Position numbers and translations under genes: made by a program. Shown piece after piece: positions 1-8,127 of a stretch of 32,000 nt of DNA. Under the pieces are notes generated by a model that was not told the origin of the DNA, ran no database searches, and was given only the letters and a program-made list of their open reading frames with translations. Source of the DNA: Rhodobacter capsulatus SB 1003 (GTDB lineage: Bacteria; Pseudomonadota; Alphaproteobacteria; Rhodobacterales; Rhodobacteraceae); contig NC_014034.1 of NCBI RefSeq assembly GCF_000021865.1, positions 3,480,001-3,512,000 of the forward strand, in the 5' to 3' direction. How positions within the stretch are numbered: position 1 is the first letter of the stretch; each line of letters starts with the position of its first letter.

Positions 1-816
1 GCTGCCGGTTTCGGCGGCGAGCCGCGAGGAAATCAGCCGCCGCGTATGGGTCAGATAATCGCGCGGATGGCTGCGCAGGATCGGCCCATGCGCGGGGGCG
101 ATGATGCCGAAATCGAGCGGCTCGATCAGGTCGAGCGCCTGCGCCACGAAACTGCGGAAGGGGCGCATGATCCGGTCGAAGTAATACTCAAAAGAAAACC
201 GGAAATCGCCGACAAGGTCATTGAACAGCCGCCCGTCGCAATAATGGCTGCCGAACAGGTCACAGGTGAACAGCACCCGTTCCGCCGCCAGCCAGGTGCA
301 TTGCGTGTCGGGCCAATGCACGAAAGGCGTGGTGAAGAACTGCAGATCGCGGTCGCCCAGGCTGACCGATTGCCCGGTGGTGACGCCCTTGATGTCGTAA
401 CGCTCGAAGTCGTCCTTCAAAAGCGCGCGCAGCATCGGCAGGCCGCGGGGCGACAGCCGGACCTGCGCCTGCGGTGCGCGGCGCAAGAGTTCGGGCACGG
501 CGCCGGTGTGATCGGGCTCCAGATGGTTCAGCACGATCAGGCGGATTTCGTCATAGCGGGCAACGGCTTCCAGCCGGGCAAAGAAGTCGCCCGCGAATTC
601 GGCCTTGACCGTGTCGATCACCGCGACCCCCTCTGACCCGCGCACGGCATAGGCATTGTAGGTGGTGCCATTCGCGGTTTTCAGGATCACGTCGAAATTG
701 CGCAGCCCCGGATCGAGCGCCCCCACCCAATGCACGCCGGGCGCCACCGCGACAGGGCCGGTGGGGCCGTCAAGGCGGGGCGCGGCCGGGCGGATGGTGA
801 AAGGCGGAACGGACAA
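1..816 (-). CDS. fprA: Flavodiiron (A-type flavoprotein, FprA-like) protein, N-terminal diiron metallo-beta-lactamase-like domain; partial, 3' end lies beyond the left window edge
   Basis: Absent from the ORF track because it is open at the window edge. My minus-strand translation from TTG 816 (AGGAG 7 nt upstream) reads [91 protein letters not shown]. These are the H-x-E-x-D-H, HWPD, CDxFGxH and APxHG diiron-ligand blocks of flavodiiron proteins. The frame stays open to nt 1. Track ORF 46..636(+) is its antisense shadow. Confidence 0.8.
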   Translation of the reverse strand, partial: MSVPPFTIRPAAPRLDGPTGPVAVAPGVHWVGALDPGLRNFDVILKTANGTTYNAYAVRGSEGVAVIDTVKAEFAGDFFARLEAVARYDEIRLIVLNHLEPDHTGAVPELLRRAPQAQVRLSPRGLPMLRALLKDDFERYDIKGVTTGQSVSLGDRDLQFFTTPFVHWPDTQCTWLAAERVLFTCDLFGSHYCDGRLFNDLVGDFRFSFEYYFDRIMRPFRSFVAQALDLIEPLDFGIIAPAHGPILRSHPRDYLTHTRRLISSRLAAETGS

Positions 817-858
817 GGGAACACTCCTGTGGTTGCGGGCAGGCCGCATCAGATGTGC

Positions 859-874
859 AGCAAGAACCGTGCCA
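859..874 (-). promoter_or_regulatory. sigma-54 (RpoN) -24/-12 promoter for the fprA-like gene
   Basis: The minus strand reads TGGCAC-GGTTC-TTGCT, an exact match to TGGCAC-N5-TTGCW. It lies about 43 nt upstream of the TTG start at 816. Confidence 0.7.
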
Positions 875-944
875 AGCGCGGAAGCCCAAGGAAACAGGGG
901 TGCGGGGCCGCAAGACGACAGAAGCCGCGGCGCGGCCCCGACAA

Positions 945-964
945 ATTGTCGGAAACCCGACAAT
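945..964. promoter_or_regulatory. NifA upstream activator sequence (TGT-N10-ACA) inside a perfect 8-4-8 palindrome
   Basis: ATTGTCGG-AAAC-CCGACAAT. The core TGT(947-949)-N10-ACA(960-962) sits between the two divergent sigma-54 promoters. Confidence 0.7.
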
Positions 965-1159
965 GCGGCGAAAGCGCCGAAAACACGCGGAAAACCGGCT
1001 CCCGAAGCCGTGATCGGGGCGATTTCCCCCCGAAACCGACGGGCTTTGCCGCTGCGGCGGGAGCGCTCACATCTTTATCGCGGGCGCGGGGGCGGATGCG
1101 CGCGCGGACACGCGTGCGGGCGGGCACGCGGGGGCGCGACAGGCCGCGATCCGCCCGCT

Positions 1160-1175
1160 TGGCACAGCCCTTGCT
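1160..1175 (+). promoter_or_regulatory. sigma-54 (RpoN) -24/-12 promoter for the rnf operon
   Basis: TGGCAC-AGCCC-TTGCT on the plus strand is an exact consensus match. It lies about 63 nt upstream of the rnfA ATG at 1238. Confidence 0.75.
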
Positions 1176-1237
1176 TGATCCCCGATGAAGCCCTTCGCCA
1201 CGCCTTGGCGCGACGGCACAGCCAACCGGGGAGACCG

Positions 1238-1819
1238 ATGCAAGACTTCCTTCTCGTCCTCTTGAGCACCGCGCTCGTGAACAACGTCGTGCTGGTGAAA
1301 TTCCTCGGGCTCTGCCCGTTCATGGGCGTCTCGCGCAAGACCGATGCCGCGATCGGCATGGGGCTGGCCACGACCTTCGTGATCACCGTCGCCTCGGCCG
1401 CCTGCTGGCTGGTCGAGGCGCTGATCCTGGAACCGCTCGACCTGAAATTCCTGCGCATCCTGAGCATGATCCTGGTCATCGCCGCGATCGTGCAGTTCAT
1501 CGAGACGGTGATGCGCAAGGTCACCCCCGACCTGCACAAGGCGCTCGGCATCTATCTGCCGCTGATCACCACGAACTGCGCCGTCCTCGGCCTGCCGCTG
1601 ATGTACATTCAGGGCCATCTGAGCCTTGCGATGAGCACGCTGAGCGGCTTTGGCGCCTCGGTCGGTTTCACGCTCGTTCTGGTGATCTTTGCGGGCATGC
1701 GCGAACGGCTGGCGCAGCTTTCGGTGCCCGCGGCCTTTGCCGGAACCCCCATCGCCTTCGTGTCCGCAGGGCTTCTGGGCCTCGCCTTCATGGGCTTTGC
1801 CGGGCTCGTGCACGTCTGA
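1238..1819 (+). CDS. rnfA: Rnf electron-transport complex subunit A (integral membrane)
   Basis: In frame with track ORF 662..1819. The true start is ATG 1238 (GGGGAGA RBS), because the upstream part of that ORF covers the promoter region. The 193-aa product [44 protein letters not shown] is the typical RnfA/NqrE family sequence. Confidence 0.95.
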   Translation: MQDFLLVLLSTALVNNVVLVKFLGLCPFMGVSRKTDAAIGMGLATTFVITVASAACWLVEALILEPLDLKFLRILSMILVIAAIVQFIETVMRKVTPDLHKALGIYLPLITTNCAVLGLPLMYIQGHLSLAMSTLSGFGASVGFTLVLVIFAGMRERLAQLSVPAAFAGTPIAFVSAGLLGLAFMGFAGLVHV

Positions 1820-1839
1820 TCGTCGAAAGGAGACCTGCC

Positions 1840-2403
1840 ATGATCGCAGCCGCCGCTTCCATGTCGGCCCTCGGGCTCGGGCTGGGCTACCTGCTCGGCG
1901 CCGCCGCCCGCAAGTTCCACGTCGAGACCCCGCCGATCGTCGAGGAAATCGCCAAGATCCTGCCCGGCACCAATTGCGGCGCCTGCGGCTTTCCCGGCTG
2001 CAACGGTCTGGCCGAGGCGATGGCCGAGGGCAACGCGCCGGTGACCGCCTGCACCCCGGGCGGGCGCGATGTGGCGCTGGCCCTGGCCGAGATCGTCACC
2101 GTCGAGGCGGGCGCCGACGCAGGCCCGATCGCCGAGATCGAGCCGATGGTCGCCTTTGTTTTCGAGGATCACTGCACCGGCTGCCAGAAATGTTTCAAGC
2201 GCTGCCCGACCGATGCGATCGTCGGCGGCGCCAAGCAGATCCATACCGTGGTGATGGACGCCTGCATCGGCTGCGACGCCTGCATCGAGGTCTGCCCGAC
2301 CGAGGCGATCGTCAGCCGCGTCAAGCCGAAGACCCTCAAGACCTGGTATTGGGACAAGCCGCAACCGGGTCTGGTCGCGGCAAGCGCGGAGACCGCAGCA
2401 TGA
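1840..2403 (+). CDS. rnfB: Rnf complex subunit B (Fe-S protein)
   Basis: Track ORF of 187 aa with an AAAGGAGA RBS. It has an N-terminal TM helix, the CGACGFPGC cluster motif and two ferredoxin motifs (CTGCQKCFKRCP, CIGCDACIEVCP). Confidence 0.95.
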   Translation: MIAAAASMSALGLGLGYLLGAAARKFHVETPPIVEEIAKILPGTNCGACGFPGCNGLAEAMAEGNAPVTACTPGGRDVALALAEIVTVEAGADAGPIAEIEPMVAFVFEDHCTGCQKCFKRCPTDAIVGGAKQIHTVVMDACIGCDACIEVCPTEAIVSRVKPKTLKTWYWDKPQPGLVAASAETAA

Positions 2404-3959
2404 GACTTCCCTCGATCGCCACCCTGTTTCATCCGCTGCAATCCTTTTCGATCCGCGGCGGGATCCACCCGGAAACCCACAAGCATCTGACCTCGGAATG
2501 CGAGATCGAGACGATGCCGATGCCCGCGCTGATCCGCCTGCCCTTGCAGCAGCATATCGGCGCCGAGGCGGAGCCGATCGTGAAACGCGACGATCTGGTG
2601 CTGAAGGGCCAGCTGATCGCCAAGGCCCGGGGGCCGCTGTCGGCCAACATCCATGCGCCGACCTCGGGGCGGGTGATCGCGGTGGGGCATTTCGTGGCCC
2701 CGCATGCCTCGGGCCTGCCGGTGCCGACGATCACCATCCGCCCCGACGGCGAGGACAAATGGGGCCCGCACCTGCCGCGCCTCCGCCCCGAGAACGCCGC
2801 GCCCGAAGAGATCGCGGCGCAGGTGGCGGCGGCGGGGATCGTCGGCATGGGGGGCGCCACCTTCCCTTCGGCGGTGAAGCTGAACCTGCGGGCGAAATAC
2901 GATCTGACGACGCTGATCATCAACGGCGCCGAATGCGAACCCTATCTGACCTGCGATGACCGGCTGATGCGCGAACGCGCCGAGGAAATCGCCGACGGCA
3001 TCGGCATCATGGCCCGGGCGCTGGGCGTGAAACAGGTCTTCGTGGCGATCGAATCGAACAAGCCGCAGGCGATCGAGGCGATGACGCGTTACAACCGCGC
3101 GCTTGGCTACACGTTCAAGATCCATGTGGTGCCGACGCAATATCCGATGGGCTCGGAAAAGCATCTGGTGAAGATGATCACCGGACAGGAAACCCCGGCC
3201 CGGGCGCTGACCGCCGATCTGGGCGTCGTCGTGCACAACATCGCCACCGCCCATGCCGTCCACCTGGCCGTGCGCTATGGCGAGCCGCTGATCGCGCGGA
3301 CGGTGACGGTTTCGGGACACGGCATCCGCCGCCCCGCCAACCTGCGGGTGCTGATCGGCACGCCGGTGTCGGAGATCATCGCCCATTGCGGCGGCTTCAC
3401 CGAGGAACCGGACCGGCTGCTTCTGGGCGGGCCGATGATGGGGATGCCGATCCAGAACCCGCGGGTGCCGGTGGTCAAGGGCACGAACGGCATTCTGGCG
3501 CTGACCGCGGCGGAAACGCCCGAGGCGAAGACCATGCCCTGCATCCGCTGCGGCCGCTGCGTGCAGGGCTGCCCGGTGGGGCTGACGCCCTTCGAGCTGA
3601 ACGCCCGCATCCACGCGGGCGATCTGGAGGGCGCGGCCAAGGTCGGGCTGATGGACTGCCTTGCCTGCGGCTGCTGTTCCTACAACTGCCCCGCCAACCT
3701 GCCGCTGGTGCAGTCGTTCCAGTTCGCCAAGGGCAAGCTCTCGGAACGGCAAAGCCGCAAGCACCAGCAGGAGGAAACCAAGCGTCTCGCCGCCGCCCGC
3801 AAGGCCCGCGAAGAGGCGATCGCCGAGGCGAAGAAACAGATGATGCTGAAGCGCAAGGCCGAGATGGCCGCGAAGAAGAAAGCCGAAGAAGCGGCCGCTG
3901 CGGCAGCGATGCCCCCGCCCGCGACCGCAACCGCCATCCAGGGGGAGGCCACGCCGTGA
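2400..3959 (+). CDS. rnfC: Rnf complex subunit C (NADH/FMN-binding, 2x[4Fe-4S])
   Basis: ATG 2400 overlaps the rnfB stop (ATGA). The 519-aa product begins [24 protein letters not shown] and contains GMGGATFP plus the motifs [12 protein letters not shown] and [12 protein letters not shown]. It has a Lys/Ala/Glu-rich C-terminal tail. The longer track ORF 1689..3959 is an artefactual upstream extension. Confidence 0.95.
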
Positions 3960-3961
3960 CC

Positions 3962-5041
3962 ATGCACATGCCCGTTGCGGGCCCGCACACCCACACGCTG
4001 TTCACCGTTTCCCGCACGATGCTGACGGTGGTGGCGGCGCTGACGCCCGCCACCCTGTTCGGGCTGTGGGAATTCGGCTGGCCCGCGATTTTCCTGTTCC
4101 TGACCACGGTCGTCTCGGCCTGGGTCTTCGAGGTCGCCTGCCTGAAGATCGCGGACAAGCCGATCCGGCCCTTTGCCACCGACGGCTCGGCGATCCTGTC
4201 GGGCTGGCTTGTCGCGATGACGCTGCCGCCCTATGCGCCCTGGTGGGTCGGCGTGATCGGGTCCTTCATCGCCATCGTCATCGCGAAACACCTGTTCGGC
4301 GGGCTGGGGCAGAACCTGTTCAACCCGGCGATGGTCGCCCGCGCCATGCTCGTCGTCGCGCTGCCGGTGCAGATGACCACCTGGATCGCGCCGGTCGGCC
4401 TGCTGGAGGGCCCCTCCTTCCTGCACGGGCTGTCGATCACTTTCCTTGGTTCGCAGGAGTTCGACGCCGTCTCCTCCGCCTCGACGCTGAGCCACATCAA
4501 GAGCCAGATCAGCGCGGGCGCGACGATGGGCGAGATCCTCCCGACGCTGGCGGATCTGGAAAGCCGTCTTCTGGGCTTCGTGCCCGGCAGCCTGGGCGAG
4601 ACCTCGACCGTGCTTCTGGCACTGGGCGGGCTTTTGCTGCTGGTCACAAGGATCATCACACCGACGATCCCGCTGGCCGTGCTGGGCACGCTGGTCACGC
4701 TGTCGGCGATCTGCTCCTTCCTTGCGCCGGACCGCTTCGCCCCGCCGATCCTGCATCTGACCTCGGGCTCGACGATGCTCTGCGCCTTCTTCATCGCCAC
4801 CGATTACGTCACCTCGCCGGTCACCACCGCAGGCAAATGGGTCTATGGCATCGGCATCGGCACGCTGGTCTTCGTGATCCGCACCTTCGGCGCCTTCCCC
4901 GAGGGCGTGGCCTTTGCGGTGCTCTTGATGAACTCGGTCACGCCCCTGATCGAAACCTACATCCGGCCGCGGATCTTCGGACGGTCCCGCACCGGCAAGC
5001 CGCTTGGCGCCGCCAAACCCGCGAAGGGAGCGCAGAAATGA
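3962..5041 (+). CDS. rnfD: Rnf complex subunit D (polytopic membrane, FMN-binding family)
   Basis: In the frame of track ORF 3386..5041, whose upstream part overlaps rnfC. Candidate starts are GTG 3956 (GTGA overlap with the rnfC stop), ATG 3962 and ATG 3968, with a GGGGGAGG RBS at 3941-3948. The product is a hydrophobic NqrB/RnfD-like sequence (..[20 protein letters not shown]..). The stop overlaps the rnfG ATG. The exact start is uncertain by +/-6 nt. Confidence 0.9.
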
Positions 5042-5691
5042 CCGACACGCCCCCCCCCGAAAAACCGAAACTGCCCTGGTTCAAGGCCTCGCCTCTGGCG
5101 CACGGGATCATGCTGGCGATGTTTGCGCTGGTCACCGCGGTGCTGCTGGCCGTGGCGAACGACAGCACCTCGGCGCCGATCGCCGCCCGCGGCGCCGAAG
5201 ATCTGGCCGCCTCGCTGGAACAGGTGATCCCGCACGACCTGCACGACAATGATCTGGCGGCCGCGATGCGCCCGGTCAGCGACGCCGAGGAAGGCACGAT
5301 CAAGGTCTATGTCGCCACCAAAGCGGGCGCGGTGACGGGCCTCGCCTATGAACTTTCCGGCCCCGGCTACAGCGGTCAGATCCGGGTGCTGCTGGGCATC
5401 GCCCCCGATGGCACGCTTTTGGGCGTGCGGGTGCTGTCGCATACCGAAACCCCGGGTCTGGGCGACAAGATCGAAGTGGCGAAGGATGACTGGATCCTGG
5501 GCTTCGCCGGCAAGTCGCTGGCCGATCCCGAGCCCGGCCACTGGAAGGTGAAACGCGACGGCGGCGTGTTCGACCAGTTCTCGGGGGCCACGATCACCCC
5601 CCGCGCGGTGGTCAAGACGATCTATCGCGGGCTGATGTTCTTTGACCGCAACAAGGCGGCGCTGACCGCCCCCCTGCCCCCGAAATCCTGA
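5038..5691 (+). CDS. rnfG: Rnf complex subunit G (periplasmic FMN-binding)
   Basis: ATG 5038 overlaps the rnfD stop (ATGA). The 217-aa product has a single N-terminal TM helix and the FMN_bind-type sequence [11 protein letters not shown]. The S-G-A-T flavinylation motif is at nt 5581-5592 (FSGATITP). Confidence 0.95.
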
Positions 5692-5702
5692 GGAGCGCGC
5701 CC

Positions 5703-6434
5703 ATGTCGGAGAGTTACGCCAAGATCGCCCGCGACGGCTTGTGGGACAAGAACATCGTGACGGGCCAGATGCTGGCGCTGTGCCCGACGCTGGCCATCAC
5801 CGGCACCGCCACGAACGGGCTGGGCATGGGGCTGGCGACGACGGTGGTGCTGATCCTGTCGAACGTGGTGATTTCCGCGCTGCGCAAGACCATCGCCCCG
5901 GAGATCCGCATTCCGGCCTTCATCCTGATCATCGCCGCCATCGTGACCGTGGTCGATCTGGCGCTGAACGCCTGGCTGCACGATCTGCACAAGGTGCTGG
6001 GCCTCTTCATCGCGCTGATCGTGACCAACTGCGCCATCCTGGGCCGGGCCGAGGCCTTTGCCTCGCGCTTTGGCGTGCTCGCCTCGGCGCTTGACGGGCT
6101 GATGATGGGGATCGGCTTCACGCTTGCGCTGGTGGTGGTGGGGGCGATCCGGGAAATCCTGGGTTCGGGGACGCTTTTCGCCCAGGCCTCGCTGCTTCTG
6201 GGGCCGCATTTCGCCTTCATGGAGCTGCAGATCTTTCCCGACTACCCCGGCTTTCTGATCATGATCCTGCCGCCGGGCGGCTTTCTGGTGGTGGGGGGGC
6301 TTTTCGCGCTCAAGCGCATCATCGATGCCCGCAAGCCGACGATCGAACAGGAAATCAAGCAGATGCGCACCGAACGCGTGTTCACCGCGGCGGGCGTGCT
6401 GAAACCGAAACTGGAAACCGGAGAAGAGGCATGA
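5703..6434 (+). CDS. rnfE: Rnf complex subunit E (integral membrane)
   Basis: Track ORF of 243 aa with a GAGGAG RBS. The sequence ..MLALCPTLAITGTATNGLGMGLATT..LIVTNCAILGRAEAFA.. is typical of RnfE/NqrD. Confidence 0.95.
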   Translation: MSESYAKIARDGLWDKNIVTGQMLALCPTLAITGTATNGLGMGLATTVVLILSNVVISALRKTIAPEIRIPAFILIIAAIVTVVDLALNAWLHDLHKVLGLFIALIVTNCAILGRAEAFASRFGVLASALDGLMMGIGFTLALVVVGAIREILGSGTLFAQASLLLGPHFAFMELQIFPDYPGFLIMILPPGGFLVVGGLFALKRIIDARKPTIEQEIKQMRTERVFTAAGVLKPKLETGEEA

Positions 6435-6688
6435 TCGTGGGTGTCGCCTATGCCAAGCCGACCGTGCAGGTCTGGAAACATGTCGATGTGCCGGACACCG
6501 CCACGGCGCGCGACGCGATCGAGAAATCCGGTCTGCTCGACCAGTTCCCCGAGATCGATCTGAGCACGCAGAAGATCGGCATTTTCGGCCAGATCTGCCC
6601 GCTGGAAAAGCCGCTGAAGGAAGGCGACCGGGTGGAGATCTATCGCCCGATCCATCCCGAAGCCGAATTGCTGGAAAAGAGAAGCTGA
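6431..6688 (+). CDS. rnfH: RnfH (small beta-grasp, UPF0125 family)
   Basis: 85-aa track ORF whose ATG overlaps the rnfE stop (ATGA). It ends ..GDRVEIYRPI.. as RnfH-family proteins do, and it occupies the last position of the rnfABCDGEH order. Confidence 0.9.
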   Translation: MIVGVAYAKPTVQVWKHVDVPDTATARDAIEKSGLLDQFPEIDLSTQKIGIFGQICPLEKPLKEGDRVEIYRPIHPEAELLEKRS

Positions 6689-6723
6689 CCCCTCCGCCCC
6701 CCCCTTTCGTCAGGAGACTTCCG

Positions 6724-7746
6724 ATGACCCGTCTGACCCGTCGCCACCTCGCCCTCGGTCTTTTCGCCACCTCTGCCGTTGCCGCGGCGGGCGGGATCGG
6801 CCTTGCCCTTGCGCCTTCGGACCGCGCCGTGATCGTCGGCGCCGGTCCCGCCGGGGCACAGGCGGCGCTGGCGCTGCGTGCCGCCCATCCCGCGCTGCGT
6901 GTAACGCTGCTGGAACGCGATCCGACCCGTCTGGCCCGGGAAACCGGCGACGCGGCCGCCGCCGCCTTTGTCCCGCCGCGCACCGAGGCGACGCTTTCCC
7001 GGCTGAAGGCGCAGGGCATCGAGGTGATGCTCGACGATGTCACCGATGTCGACTGGACGGCGGGGCGGCTTTCGCTCTTTTCCGGCCGCGATGCCGCCTT
7101 TGACCGGCTCTATCTGGCCCCGGGCACGACGGCCAAGGCCGAAGCGATCGAGGGGCTCGATGCCGAGGCGCGCTTTGCGATGCCCGCCGCCTGGGGCAAT
7201 GCGCGCGAGGCGCGGCGGCTGGCGGCGCAGCTGGCCGCCCTGCCCGAGGCCGGTCATGTCGTGCTGCGCCTGCCCGCGGAGCTGAGCCATCCGCAGGTGG
7301 CGCTGCACCGTGCGCTGGTGTTGGCACGCCGGATCGCCGCCACCCGCCCCGCGGCGCGGCTGACGGTGCTCGATGCGACGCCGACGCCCGCGCTGGCGCA
7401 ATCCTTCGCGATGGCGAAGCGGCTGCAGGGGATCGATGCGCAGGTGGCCTGGATCACCGCGGCGGAGGGCGCCGGGGTGACGGCCGTCGACGCGCGGGCG
7501 GGCCGGATCGAGACCGGGGCCGGGTCTCTGAGGGCCGATGTGATCAACTTCGTGCCGCCGCATGTGGCCGGGGCGATTGCCCGCACCGCGGGGCTTGTCG
7601 ATGCCTCGGGCTGGTGCCCCTGCGACGCGCGGGGCCGCTCGATGCTGCGCAGCGACGCCGTCGTGCTGGGCGATGCGCGCAAGGGCACGGCCCGCACGCT
7701 GGATGGCGCCCGGCTCTCGGTCGCGGCAACGGTTGCGCAAGCCTGA
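6724..7746 (+). CDS. Tat-exported FAD-dependent oxidoreductase, FccB/SoxF (flavocytochrome c sulfide dehydrogenase flavoprotein)-like
   Basis: 340-aa track ORF with an AGGAGA RBS at 6712-6717. It has a twin-arginine signal (MTRLTRRHLALGLF..ALA/PS) and a dinucleotide fold (VIVGAGPAGAQAA). The C-terminal INFVPPHVAGAIARTAGLVDASGWCPCD..VVLGDA resembles the FCSD flavin-binding domain. The antisense ORFs (5622..7043, 6640..8094) are Arg-rich nonsense. Confidence 0.7.
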   Translation: MTRLTRRHLALGLFATSAVAAAGGIGLALAPSDRAVIVGAGPAGAQAALALRAAHPALRVTLLERDPTRLARETGDAAAAAFVPPRTEATLSRLKAQGIEVMLDDVTDVDWTAGRLSLFSGRDAAFDRLYLAPGTTAKAEAIEGLDAEARFAMPAAWGNAREARRLAAQLAALPEAGHVVLRLPAELSHPQVALHRALVLARRIAATRPAARLTVLDATPTPALAQSFAMAKRLQGIDAQVAWITAAEGAGVTAVDARAGRIETGAGSLRADVINFVPPHVAGAIARTAGLVDASGWCPCDARGRSMLRSDAVVLGDARKGTARTLDGARLSVAATVAQA

Positions 7747-7759
7747 CCCGGGAAAATTC

Positions 7760-7788
7760 TTGGCGAAAGGGGCGGCGGCGCCTAATGT
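7760..7788 (+). promoter_or_regulatory. sigma-70-like promoter candidate (TTGGCG-N17-TAATGT)
   Basis: The -35 TTGGCG is at 7760-7765, followed by a 17-nt spacer and the -10 TAATGT at 7783-7788. It lies about 30 nt upstream of the TTG start at 7819. Pattern match only. Confidence 0.35.
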
Positions 7789-7818
7789 CGCGCAGTCAGG
7801 CTCAGAGGGAGGAGAGCA

Positions 7819-8097
7819 TTGGGACTTGTCGACATTTTCATCACCCAGATCGGGGATCCGCTGCGCGTCATCCTGCTGGCCGGGGTGATTGCGCTGCAAC
7901 CGCGGCTTGAAGACCGGCTGGGCAGGATCCCGACCCTTGCGGCGGGGCTTGTGCTGGTCGCGCTCGTGATCCCGCTGCTGTTTCCGAACGGCAACGTCTG
8001 GTTCCTGGTCGCCGCCGCCATCGGGCTGGTGACGAATGCGATCCAGATGGGGGTTCTGCTCGGCATCTGGACGCTGGTACGCCGATTCAAACATTGA
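7819..8097 (+). CDS. Small hydrophobic membrane protein, unknown function (2-3 predicted TM helices)
   Basis: 92-aa track ORF with a TTG start preceded by GGGAGGAGAG. The sequence is strongly hydrophobic (..RVILLAGVIAL..AAGLVLVALVIPLLF..WFLVAAAIGLV..VLLGIWTLV), third-codon positions are GC-rich, and a terminator hairpin follows. I recognise no family. Confidence 0.5.
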   Translation: MGLVDIFITQIGDPLRVILLAGVIALQPRLEDRLGRIPTLAAGLVLVALVIPLLFPNGNVWFLVAAAIGLVTNAIQMGVLLGIWTLVRRFKH

Positions 8098-8098
8098 A

Positions 8099-8121
8099 GG
8101 GCTGCCCTTCGCGGGCAGCCC
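8099..8121. terminator. Hairpin shared by convergent genes (bidirectional terminator candidate)
   Basis: GGGCTGCCC-ttcgc-GGGCAGCCC forms a perfect 9-bp GC-rich stem. It starts 2 nt after the stop at 8097 and ends 7 nt before the betC stop (8128). The U-tracts are weak on both strands. Confidence 0.5.
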
Positions 8122-8127
8122 CCCATT

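Noticed and set aside
662-1237. N-terminal 192-codon extension of the rnfA frame (track ORF 662..1819), plus the similar long upstream extensions of rnfC (1689), rnfD (3386) and rnfG (4066)
   Set aside because: The extensions overlap the promoter region or the preceding rnf genes and translate to Arg/Pro/Gly-rich sequence. Canonical N-termini with RBSs or ATGA/GTGA coupling are found at 1238, 2400, about 3962 and 5038.
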